64,000 nt of DNA from Thermoplasmatales archaeon SG8-52-3 (lineage in GTDB: Archaea > Thermoplasmatota > E2 > DHVEG-1): the NCBI GenBank assembly GCA_001595915.1, contig LSSG01000053.1:3416-67415 (forward strand), given 5' to 3'. The notes beneath the pieces are model-generated. The model saw nothing but the letters and a program-made list of their open reading frames with translations. It was not told the DNA's origin and searched no databases. The position numbers were made by a program, and so were the translations under genes. This document shows positions 19,014-27,818 of the stretch, one piece after another; the first letter of the stretch is position 1, and every line of letters starts with the position of its first letter.

Positions 19014-19882
19014 AAAATCTCCGAAAGATCTCTATAATCTGCCTCCTCTTTACCTGTTCTTTTCATAATTGCTTTCTCCACTTGAAGTCTTATATAAACT
19101 GCATCGTGCTCTAAAAGAGGAGATTCAGAAATAAAAGTGACATCATAGTTATTATCCAAAATTACATCAATAAGAGGCATTAATGGCATGTCTCCTTTCT
19201 TTATTGGAATATGATAATACTCATTTCCATCTTCATATAAAACGCCAGTAACATGCAAAAGATAATGTTTTAGTCTTAGATTTTTAACTAATTGAAAAAC
19301 CTCCTCAAAATTTTCTCTTTTTTTAAGACCGCCATTTGTTCTTGCATGAATGTGACCAAGACCAATAACAGGAATTACTCCTTTTACATTATTTGAAATT
19401 TCAATTATTTCTTCAAGACTCCCAAAAACTTTCTTCTTACCCATTGTTTCAATACCAAGTTTTACTTTGATTTTTTCTTTTTTGAATTGGTTTTGAATTT
19501 TCTTTAAATTTTTAATTATTTTTTTCATTGTTTTCTTTTCACTATCTTCACCATAATACCCAGGATGCGTAACAACAGTTTTTGCACCCATTTTTTGAGC
19601 AAGTCTAGCTGAAGAAAGAACCTTTTCAATACTTAGATTCAATTCTTCACCTGAGCCTCCCAAATTAATATAATAAGGTGCATGAACATGTAATTCTATG
19701 TCATTTTCTTTAGAATACTCTGCCATAAACTCAGCTTCTTCATCTTCCATTATATAGAGACCTCTAACAAATTGAACCTCCATTGCATTTAAGTCTAGAA
19801 TCTGTTTTGTATAAACCAATCCATCCTTATTTGTACGACCTTTACACGATAAAGGGATACCAGCTTGACCAATTCTAATCAT
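19010..19882 (-). CDS. Archaeal endonuclease IV-like TIM-barrel protein
   Basis: MEVQFVRG, HAPYYINL, HPGYY, ETMGKxxxFGS, ISESPLLEHDA. Confidence 0.85.
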   Translation of the reverse strand: MIRIGQAGIPLSCKGRTNKDGLVYTKQILDLNAMEVQFVRGLYIMEDEEAEFMAEYSKENDIELHVHAPYYINLGGSGEELNLSIEKVLSSARLAQKMGAKTVVTHPGYYGEDSEKKTMKKIIKNLKKIQNQFKKEKIKVKLGIETMGKKKVFGSLEEIIEISNNVKGVIPVIGLGHIHARTNGGLKKRENFEEVFQLVKNLRLKHYLLHVTGVLYEDGNEYYHIPIKKGDMPLMPLIDVILDNNYDVTFISESPLLEHDAVYIRLQVEKAIMKRTGKEEADYRDLSEIL

Positions 19883-19956
19883 AAATATTTAACCTCCTCC
19901 GACCTAACTAATGCATATATTTTATATATATCTATTTTTTATGAATGAATAAAATA

Positions 19957-20208
19957 CTAGATTATTTCTTCCAATCGACTCATAATATTCCAAATAAGAG
20001 TTCTTCCATGAAGTGGAATATTAGGATCATTTGCTAGTTCATCTAATCTAGATGTAGCAGAAGCGACTCTAACATCCAAAGGATCTGATTCATTTAATAA
20101 ATTATTTTTAATTTCTTCTGCTCCTCTCCTTATATTTCTTGGAATTGAATTATCTTCATGAAGCATATTTAATCCATCGCAAACCTGTGCAATTTTATCT
20201 GAGGACAT
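19957..20208 (-). CDS. UPF0147 family protein
   Basis: DxSIPRNIRR, DPNIPLHGRTLIW; SD GGTGA before ATG 20208. Confidence 0.9.
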   Translation of the reverse strand: MSSDKIAQVCDGLNMLHEDNSIPRNIRRGAEEIKNNLLNESDPLDVRVASATSRLDELANDPNIPLHGRTLIWNIMSRLEEII

Positions 20209-20272
20209 AGTTATCACCATTTGCAATATCTAAACGTGTATACAGGATTAAAATAAAAATATTTGGTATGAA

Positions 20273-22546
20273 TTAATCTTTAAGATAATTTGAATTTAAA
20301 AGTTTTATTATATCTGAAGCAATATTATCTCCAACACCTTTTACTTCTTTCAACTCTTCCTTAGTGGCATTTGTGATATCCTTTATACTACCAAAATGGG
20401 TAAGCAATCTTTTAGCAATTATTGCCGAAACATTTGGTAGACCTTCAATTATAAATTGTTGTCTTTCTTTTAGGGACATTTGGGATTTTTCTCCTCTAAC
20501 AGCAACAACCTTTTTATCTTCTCTTTGTTCTCTTTTTGCTATAACATTTAATAAATCTGCTGTTTCAAGAGCATTTTTAGTAGAAAGTATAGATACTCCA
20601 TAATCAACAGAAATCGATGCTAAACTTCCAAATATTGCATTATGGTTTATATTTCGCTGTGTAAAAAGATTTTCACCTTCTAATATCATAATTGGTCTGG
20701 AATATGCATCTCTTAAATGAGCTATTTGTTTGAAAAGTTTTCCATCAATAAGAGACTCTAAAAAATCCTCTACTTTTTTACGCTCAACTCCAATTCTTGA
20801 GGATAAAATATAATCTCCAACATCTAGCTGTTGTGATTCTATAGATGTTCCCTTAATTGTAAGATTTCTAACAACATTTGATCGATATTCTCTATGGTCA
20901 ACAATGATCTTAACTTTATTTTCCATATTTTCATAATCTATTAAAGTTCTCTGATCATGTTGAGGTTCTGTATCTTTTTTAAAAAAAGTTTCAGGAGTTT
21001 CTAATTTTTTATGTAGTTTAGAGCGAATCAATTCTAGTTCAGAAACCATGCGTTTTTCTTTCCTTTTTGATGCCCAATAATAAGCTTCATCAGGAGTGCC
21101 TTTTGTAATTAAAATAATAACTTTACCTGCCATTTTTCTAGCAGTTCGTCCTCTTCTTTGAATTGCTCTAATTTCTGAAGGAATTGGTTCATAAAAAACA
21201 ACAAGGTCAGTAGATGGAATGTCAAGACCTTCTTCAGCAACAGATGTTGCAATTAAAACATTATATTCTTCTTCCTTAAATTTCTTGATAATTATAGCTT
21301 GTTCTTTTTGAGTTAGACCCTTATCTCCATCTTTTATAGTTTGACCAATAAATCTAGCAGGTTTTGCTACTTTTAACTCATTTAAGATACTACAAATATG
21401 TTTTGATGTGTCACGATAATGTGTAAAAACAATTATTTTAGATTCGGGTTTAATTTTTAGTTGATGTTGGATAATATCAGCGATTTTTTGTACTTTCGGA
21501 TGTTCAATTTTTAAGGATTTTACATAAGCAATGGCTTCCATTACATTATTATCTGACATAATAGCTCTCGAAGCCTTGCTACTTGTTTTTGATATAGCTT
21601 CTTTCCCCATTCTTTCAAAATAATTGCTAAAAGATTTAACTCCTTGAGTTTGTAACAATTCAAGACCATAATGAATTTTCATTGCTTCACTTTGAGTTGA
21701 AGCTGCTTTAAATAAAATTTTGGGGGGTTTTATTCTTGATTTAATCTCCATTTGTATTCTTTTCTGAGCATCTAAAAGTTTAGTTTTATTTACAAGAGAA
21801 ACTGAAGAGCTATCTATAAAATCTAAATTCTTAAGAAAATTTAATCTCTCAGATAATGCTTTTCTAAGAAGTTGTATTGTATGTGCAAACTCACCAGGTA
21901 AAGGTATTTCTTTCCAAATAATCTTTATATCATGGACGTATGGTTTAACATCAGAATCATATTTTGTTCTAATCTCAATGTTTGTGATATTTAAATTTTT
22001 AGTTACTTCAAATATTTTATTTATATCATTACCAGGAGACGCAGTCATTGCTAAAATTAAACCATTATCCCTTTGTTTTTTATACATTTCTGAAACAAAA
22101 ACATACGAATATTCACCAACAGCATGATGACATTCATCAAAAATTATAAATGAAACATTTTTTAGATCAATTCTTTTTGATAAAAGATCATTTTCAATTA
22201 CCTGTGGAGTAGATACAATAATCTTGCTATCATCCCACATTTTTTTACGTTTTTCTGGTTGTATCTCACCTGTAAAAATAATAATTGATTCCTCATTTAT
22301 ATCAAGATATTGTTTTAAAAATTGTGAATGCTGAATCACTAAAGGTTTTGTAGGAGCTAAAAAAAGAATCTTGTTATTTTCTTTTTTCAACTCTTTTGCA
22401 ATTATTATTAAAGCAACAATAGTTTTACCTAAACCAGTTGGTAAAACTACAAGAGTATTACTTTTTTCTGCGGATTTAGCAATATTAACCTGATATTCTC
22501 TACTTTCAATTGAATCAGGTTTAATATATTCATTTTGTATATACAC
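20273..22546 (-). CDS. hef: Hef: SF2 helicase fused to ERCC4/XPF nuclease and HhH
   Basis: PTGLGKT, DECH, TAS, ATSVAEEGLD, QRRGRTAR; VDxRE, GDY, ERK; C-terminal HhH. Confidence 0.95.
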   Translation of the reverse strand: MYIQNEYIKPDSIESREYQVNIAKSAEKSNTLVVLPTGLGKTIVALIIIAKELKKENNKILFLAPTKPLVIQHSQFLKQYLDINEESIIIFTGEIQPEKRKKMWDDSKIIVSTPQVIENDLLSKRIDLKNVSFIIFDECHHAVGEYSYVFVSEMYKKQRDNGLILAMTASPGNDINKIFEVTKNLNITNIEIRTKYDSDVKPYVHDIKIIWKEIPLPGEFAHTIQLLRKALSERLNFLKNLDFIDSSSVSLVNKTKLLDAQKRIQMEIKSRIKPPKILFKAASTQSEAMKIHYGLELLQTQGVKSFSNYFERMGKEAISKTSSKASRAIMSDNNVMEAIAYVKSLKIEHPKVQKIADIIQHQLKIKPESKIIVFTHYRDTSKHICSILNELKVAKPARFIGQTIKDGDKGLTQKEQAIIIKKFKEEEYNVLIATSVAEEGLDIPSTDLVVFYEPIPSEIRAIQRRGRTARKMAGKVIILITKGTPDEAYYWASKRKEKRMVSELELIRSKLHKKLETPETFFKKDTEPQHDQRTLIDYENMENKVKIIVDHREYRSNVVRNLTIKGTSIESQQLDVGDYILSSRIGVERKKVEDFLESLIDGKLFKQIAHLRDAYSRPIMILEGENLFTQRNINHNAIFGSLASISVDYGVSILSTKNALETADLLNVIAKREQREDKKVVAVRGEKSQMSLKERQQFIIEGLPNVSAIIAKRLLTHFGSIKDITNATKEELKEVKGVGDNIASDIIKLLNSNYLKD

Positions 22547-22651
22547 AAGATAGATATAATAAAAGGGGTTTTTTATTGTATTTAAAAGATAGTTGAAACT
22601 ATTTTTTTAAAAATTCAAAATAGTTATATTACTGAAAGTTAATTATGAATT

Positions 22652-22867
22652 GTGTTAACTGGACTTGAAATGTATGGGATTACATTACCATTATGGGTAT
22701 TTTTTTTAATTGGAATAATTGCATTAGTTATTGTTTGGAAACTTATAAAATTTGCAATAAAAATACTTTTAATAATAGTTGTTTTCTTTATTATACTGAT
22801 AGGAATAGACTATTTTGATATTATTGGTTTAATTCAAAATTTGTTTTCAGGGATAATATCATTCTAA
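22652..22867 (+). CDS. Small membrane hypothetical protein
   Basis: Two hydrophobic helices separated by KLIKFAIK. Confidence 0.7.
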   Translation: MLTGLEMYGITLPLWVFFLIGIIALVIVWKLIKFAIKILLIIVVFFIILIGIDYFDIIGLIQNLFSGIISF

Positions 22868-22931
22868 TAAAATTACCATATAAATTTTTTAAATATTTAA
22901 AATCTATTAAACTAAATAAAATTATTATAAT

Positions 22932-23036
22932 CTAAGTATCTCTTGTATTAAATGAAATATAGAAGATTTCCTTATCCACTAACTCCAGCTTTCCAAAACG
23001 ATTTTTATTTGTATATTTCTCTTGCTGTTCAAGCAT
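22932..23036 (-). CDS. Putative 34-aa microprotein (MLEQQEKYTNKNRFGKLELVDKEIFYISFNTRDT)
   Basis: Manual translation; SD GGGGAGAGGT and an upstream BRE/TATA. Confidence 0.45.
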   Translation of the reverse strand: MLEQQEKYTNKNRFGKLELVDKEIFYISFNTRDT

Positions 23037-23072
23037 AATTAACCTCTCCCCGAAGCCAGAAATAAAAATCTA

Positions 23073-23089
23073 TTATATAAAACCTTTCG
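23073..23089 (-). promoter_or_regulatory. BRE-TATA promoter candidate
   Basis: Minus strand reads CGAAAGG-TTTTATATAA, upstream of the 34-aa ORF. Confidence 0.55.
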
Positions 23090-23100
23090 TTTCTTTTATT

Positions 23101-23949
23101 TTAAAAAAAACTTCTGGTATAAACAACCTTGTCTGAAGGTATTGTAAAGTAAATGGTTGTACCAGTTCCTTTTCCATGACTATCTGCCCATATCTTTCCA
23201 CCATGTTTCTCTATAATTGTTTTACAAATTGTTAGACCAAGACCTGTAGAATCAAGTTTGTGTCTTGAATCATCTGTTTTATAAAACTCATTAAAAATAC
23301 GGTCTATTTGATCTCTAGTAAGACCTGTTCCTGTATCAGTAATTGAAACCTGAATAAATTGATCTCCATTTTTAATTACAGGTCTTGTTGCAAAGGTTAT
23401 TTTTCCACCATTTTCTAACATGCTATTTATTGCATTTGATGCAATATGATCAAATATTTGCATTAGCCTATTTTTCTCTGTTTTAACAAAAACTTCAGGA
23501 TTTATATTGTTTTCAATTTCAATATTACAGCTTTTAAAAATATCATTATATTTGGTATTCATCTCATTAACTATTTCAAGAAGATTTTCCTTTTTCAATA
23601 GCAAATCAATAGAGCCAATCTCTGCTAATTCTCTTGCATTATTTACGACTCTTTTAATATATTCTGCATTTCTAAGGCATGTATCTACCATTTCTTTTAT
23701 TGATGAATCATCAATTTCATTTTTTATAATTGGTAAAAGGGTTAAAATTGGTGTTAAAGGGGTTCCAAGATCATGACTGAGATTATCAATAAATCTTATC
23801 TTATCTTTTAATAATTTATTTACTTCAACTGTTCTTTCAATTACTTTTTTTTCGAATGTACCTTTCAACTCAATTAATTCTTGTTCAGTTTTTTTTAATT
23901 TTTCATTAACATTTTCTGTTATTTCGTTAAGGTTTTGATTACTATTCAT
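23101..23949 (-). CDS. Histidine kinase (HisKA + HATPase_c) without a sensor domain
   Basis: SHDLGTPLT H-box, SNA, DTGTG, FYK, GLGL, GTTIYF; short coiled-coil N-terminus; start at ATG after GGGGTG. Confidence 0.9.
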   Translation of the reverse strand: MNSNQNLNEITENVNEKLKKTEQELIELKGTFEKKVIERTVEVNKLLKDKIRFIDNLSHDLGTPLTPILTLLPIIKNEIDDSSIKEMVDTCLRNAEYIKRVVNNARELAEIGSIDLLLKKENLLEIVNEMNTKYNDIFKSCNIEIENNINPEVFVKTEKNRLMQIFDHIASNAINSMLENGGKITFATRPVIKNGDQFIQVSITDTGTGLTRDQIDRIFNEFYKTDDSRHKLDSTGLGLTICKTIIEKHGGKIWADSHGKGTGTTIYFTIPSDKVVYTRSFF

Positions 23950-24096
23950 TTTTCCCACCCCTCAACCTATTTTTCATGATTTAAATTAAATAACCATTAT
24001 TAATACTTTTTTTGTATTTTTAGGTTTATTAACATTAAAATGCTTTTATTTATCCAAAATTTAAATATAGGTAATATTCTATTTAGAATTAATAAT

Positions 24097-24160
24097 GGTA
24101 CGCCGTTCGGTGCCTAATCATCAGAGTAATAGACTTATGATGAACAGACGGGGGAGGTGA
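24097..24160 (+). ncRNA. Candidate structured 5' leader (pseudoknot, riboswitch-like)
   Basis: GGTAC/GTGCC hairpin; TCATCA-GAGT/ACTT-TGATGA hairpin; loop CCGTT complementary to GACGG next to SD GGAGGTGA. Confidence 0.4.
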
Positions 24161-24169
24161 AATATAAAA

Positions 24170-24454
24170 ATGAAAAAGAAAATCTTATTTGGTTGTATTA
24201 TAGTTGCATGTGTTCTTATGTTATTACCATCCACATCTGCTGCCGAATCAAACTCAATTAAAGATAGAATCTTATTAAAAGAAACCATCCAAAAACAAAT
24301 TGATCAAAATCCAATTTATAAGGTTAGCTCACATGAGCCAGCATGTATTCTTAGATTATTACTAATAATTCGTAATTTATTATTACTAGGAATAGTAGGT
24401 ATAATTGGAATAATATTTACTCTACTAAATCTTATAAACAATAGTTCTGCTTAA
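24170..24454 (+). CDS. Small secreted/membrane hypothetical protein
   Basis: Strong SD GGAGGTGA; signal peptide MKKKILFG...TSA; hydrophobic C-terminal helix. Confidence 0.8.
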   Translation: MKKKILFGCIIVACVLMLLPSTSAAESNSIKDRILLKETIQKQIDQNPIYKVSSHEPACILRLLLIIRNLLLLGIVGIIGIIFTLLNLINNSSA

Positions 24455-24461
24455 ACATAGT

Positions 24462-24496
24462 ACTCAATTTTTAAAAATTGAGTTAATTTTTCTTTA
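24462..24496 (+). terminator. Perfect 22-bp palindrome followed by a T-rich tract
   Basis: ACTCAATTTTTAAAAATTGAGT (24462-24483), then TAATTTTTCTTT, just after the stop codon. Confidence 0.45.
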
Positions 24497-24586
24497 ATTA
24501 GTATTAAATTTATAAATAATAATTATTTACAATTTTATTTTATTAGGAAATTTAATATAATAATGTAGTTTATATACTATTTGTAA

Positions 24587-26584
24587 ATGACTAATCGAGA
24601 GGATTTCAAATCTTTTATTCCATCTGAAAAAATTATTCCTGAGCTAACTTTTAAGGCTATAATTATTGGAATTTTTCTAGCAATAATACTCGGCGCTGCA
24701 AATGCATACCTTGGATTATATGCAGGAATGACGGTTTCAGCAATTATCCCCGGTGCAGTAATGGCCCTGGCACTTTTAAGACCTTTTAAAGGAACAATTC
24801 TTGAAGTAAATTTAGCTACAATGGGAGCCTCTGCTGGTGAATGTATTGCTGCAGGAATAATTTTTACAATACCAGCATTAATATTACTTGGTGTTTGGAC
24901 AGAAATCAACTATTTAGAAACCACCTTAATTGCTTTGTTAGGTGGTTTATTAGGCGTTTTATGGATGGTTCCTTTAAGAAGGGCTCTTGTTGTTAAAACA
25001 GATCTTCCATTTCCAGAGGGAGTGGCAGTAGCAGCTGTTTTGACAACTACAGTTGGTGGTGAAACAACTGATGAAAAAAAAGCAAGTGGTGTTACTGGAA
25101 TTTGGTTAGGTGTTGGTGCTTTAGTAGCTGGTCTTTTTAAATTTTGTGAATTATCATTAAATATTTTTAGGGGTACAATTGAACATATTTCAAGTATTGG
25201 GAAGTATAAAATTGGTGGAAATATAAATCAAGGTTGGTTATATGGTGGAGTTACTATATCCCCTGCTCTTCTTGGTGTTGGATGGATAATAGGAACAAGA
25301 ATTGCATCATACGTTCTTGTAGGAGGGCTATTAGGTTGGGTAATTATTGCACCAATTGTTGCCTTAGCAAATGGGCTTCCATTACCTGCTCCTGAGTTTG
25401 CAGAATTAGGTGTTGAACTAGGTGGATTTTATACAATATGGGCAAACCAAGTAAGATTCATTGGAGTCGGTACAATGCTAATAGGAGGTTTGTGGGCTAT
25501 TTGGGCAATAAGAATGAATTTAGCAGGTAGCATTAAAGAAGCAATTATTGGTATTAAAGGAGGACAAGTTAAAAGCAAAAAAAGAACAGATAAAGATGCA
25601 AGTTTCAAATTAATTTTTATTTTTATTGTTCTTATGACAATACCTGTTTTTCTATTATATCTATGGTTATCAGATATGTTTGGAATCTCCTTGATAATGG
25701 CAATAATAACAATATTTTTTGCATTTATTGCAAGTGCCCTTGCAGGTTATCTTACTGGACTGGTTGGTTCTTCAAACATGCCAATATCTGGAGTTACAGT
25801 TGCAGTTTTATTAATTGTTAGTTTAATTATGCTTGGTTTTGGTGTAACTGGGGCGGGAGGTATGGCAATTGTTATATTTATTTCAGCAGTTATTGCGGTT
25901 GGAGGATCTATTTCTGGAGACCTTCTACAATCTATGGCTTGTGGGCAAATGCTAGGTGCGACACCTAGAAATTTACAAATTTCAATGACATTTGGTGTAC
26001 TAGCAATTTCTGGAGTGGTTGGTATTGTTATCGGATTATTACATAAAGCATTCAGAATAGGTAGTACTAAACTAGTAGCACCTCAAGCAGGCTTAATGGC
26101 TGGAGTTGTTAAAGGTGTACTTGGTGGAGAGATGCTTTGGCCTTTTGTTTTAGCTGGAATGATACTTGCTTGTGTTTTGATTCTAATTGATCTTCCTGTT
26201 TTACCTGTTGCAATAGGAATTTATTTACCATTCACATTATCAATTCCAATATTTACTGGCGGAGTGATTAGATATTTAACCGACAGACAATTTAAAAAGA
26301 AATTTGGTACAGCACAGGAAGAAGAAGTAAGTGATTGGGAACTAGCTATTAAAAATACAGATATAAAACCAAAAGAAAAAGCAATTAGAACAGGTCTACT
26401 TTTTACAGCGGGTCTTGTTGCTGGAGAAGCTCTGACTGGTGTAATTATAGCAATACTTGTTGTAATGGGAATAAATCTTGCCTTTTATGAAAGTGCTCCT
26501 TGGTTACCAGGTTTAGTTGTTTGGATATATATAGCAATATTATTGGCTTATATACCTATTAGAGAAATTATTAATAAAAATTAA
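24587..26584 (+). CDS. OPT family oligopeptide transporter
   Basis: PELT, ANAYLGLYAG, FTIPA, LPFPEG, SSNMPISG, GATP, APQA. Confidence 0.95.
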   Translation: MTNREDFKSFIPSEKIIPELTFKAIIIGIFLAIILGAANAYLGLYAGMTVSAIIPGAVMALALLRPFKGTILEVNLATMGASAGECIAAGIIFTIPALILLGVWTEINYLETTLIALLGGLLGVLWMVPLRRALVVKTDLPFPEGVAVAAVLTTTVGGETTDEKKASGVTGIWLGVGALVAGLFKFCELSLNIFRGTIEHISSIGKYKIGGNINQGWLYGGVTISPALLGVGWIIGTRIASYVLVGGLLGWVIIAPIVALANGLPLPAPEFAELGVELGGFYTIWANQVRFIGVGTMLIGGLWAIWAIRMNLAGSIKEAIIGIKGGQVKSKKRTDKDASFKLIFIFIVLMTIPVFLLYLWLSDMFGISLIMAIITIFFAFIASALAGYLTGLVGSSNMPISGVTVAVLLIVSLIMLGFGVTGAGGMAIVIFISAVIAVGGSISGDLLQSMACGQMLGATPRNLQISMTFGVLAISGVVGIVIGLLHKAFRIGSTKLVAPQAGLMAGVVKGVLGGEMLWPFVLAGMILACVLILIDLPVLPVAIGIYLPFTLSIPIFTGGVIRYLTDRQFKKKFGTAQEEEVSDWELAIKNTDIKPKEKAIRTGLLFTAGLVAGEALTGVIIAILVVMGINLAFYESAPWLPGLVVWIYIAILLAYIPIREIINKN

Positions 26585-26602
26585 AAATAAAAAGAAATAA
26601 GA

Positions 26603-26938
26603 TTACTCTAGAACTTCCCAATCTGAAAAAAATCCAATAACTATTTTATTAAATAGAACTGCCACAATAGGAGTATGAAATCTAATAATTTCTTCATTAT
26701 TGAGTTTATAAATATTCTTTTCATCTTTTATAAAAACAAAATTTATAACCTGAAAATCACTGTATCCTCCACCAAAATATATTTGTTAAATTCCCCAAAA
26801 AACAAATAATCTATTTCCACTGCTTTCTTCAATACTTTTTTCGTCTTCAATTTGAAATGTATTCATTGCTGATGAAATTGTTGTTAAAAACAATATACAT
26901 ATCAAAAGTCCCATTATTTTTCTTTTCATTTTCATCAT
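26603..26938 (-). pseudogene. Secreted hypothetical protein interrupted by one in-frame TAA
   Basis: MMKMKRKIMGLLICILFLTTISSA...FWGI*QIYFGGGY...DWEVLE*. TAA at 26786-26788 (codon 51); the same frame stays open for 60 more codons. Confidence 0.65.
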
Positions 26939-27184
26939 AATGAAATCAATTGAAAAAATTATATAGCAAATTATGTTTCATAAGTTTGAACAATATTAAA
27001 ATTTTAGACTATTTTATATTTATTATGTACAAATCTGTATAATTAAATTTTCCATTAAAAGATAAAATGGAGAAACCATTATTTTAATATTCTAAAAATA
27101 AATTTAAATAAACATAATCTCTTTATATGTAATAAGTGATAAAACATTTTGTGAGGATAGGGATTTATCAAGAGTGATTAAAAA

Positions 27185-27742
27185 ATGGATGATGCTGATT
27201 TAAACAAAATTACTAATACTTCAATTACAAAAACCCATGAAGAAATACTCGAACTTCTAGATGAAATAAAAGAATTTGAAAAAAAATATGGAGAAATTGA
27301 AGAAACGACAATTGAATGTAATATTCCTGAAAATGAATATGTTTTATTTGAAGAAATTGAACCTGACTTAGTTATTTTTAAAGAAATAGAAGAAAAAAAA
27401 CCTGAAATTTCAAAACCAAGTAAAAAATTTAAATTTAATTTTATTAAAAAAAGAAAAAAATTTGTTACAAAAAAAATAGAAGAACCATTAAAACCAACAA
27501 CTTTCAGATTAAGAATAAATAAAGAAGGAGTTCTTGAAAACATTGATATTAAAAAACCCCAATCAAGGAAAAAATTAAAACTAAATTTTAGATTGAGAAA
27601 AAAAGAAGGAAAGGAATCTAAACCTTCAGATGGGGAATCAAAATTATCAAAAATAATAAATGTAATTAGTAAAATTAAAAGAATAATTCCTAAAAGAGAA
27701 AAAGAAGAATCTGAAGAACCTGAAACAAATAAAGAAACTTAG
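27185..27742 (+). CDS. Hypothetical, highly charged protein
   Basis: 185-aa ORF with an acidic N-half and Lys-rich C-half; no motif recognised. Confidence 0.65.
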   Translation: MDDADLNKITNTSITKTHEEILELLDEIKEFEKKYGEIEETTIECNIPENEYVLFEEIEPDLVIFKEIEEKKPEISKPSKKFKFNFIKKRKKFVTKKIEEPLKPTTFRLRINKEGVLENIDIKKPQSRKKLKLNFRLRKKEGKESKPSDGESKLSKIINVISKIKRIIPKREKEESEEPETNKET

Positions 27743-27818
27743 TTATGTTTTTTTTATTTTTATTTATAGTAGAAAACCATTAAATAAAGCATTCATAATT
27801 TCCCAAAGGAAAAATATC

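Noticed and set aside
22597..22625. Inverted repeat AACTATTTT/AAAATAGTT between hef and a small gene
   Set aside because: Almost all A/T in an AT-rich spacer; likely chance without comparative support
24137..24160. Box C motif (ATGATGA) suggesting a C/D guide RNA
   Set aside because: No suitably placed downstream box D (CTGA); better explained as part of the leader hairpin
26786..26788. Stop-codon recoding (Sec/Pyl or alternative code)
   Set aside because: The codon is TAA, which ends many genes here; TGA and TAG also act as normal stops
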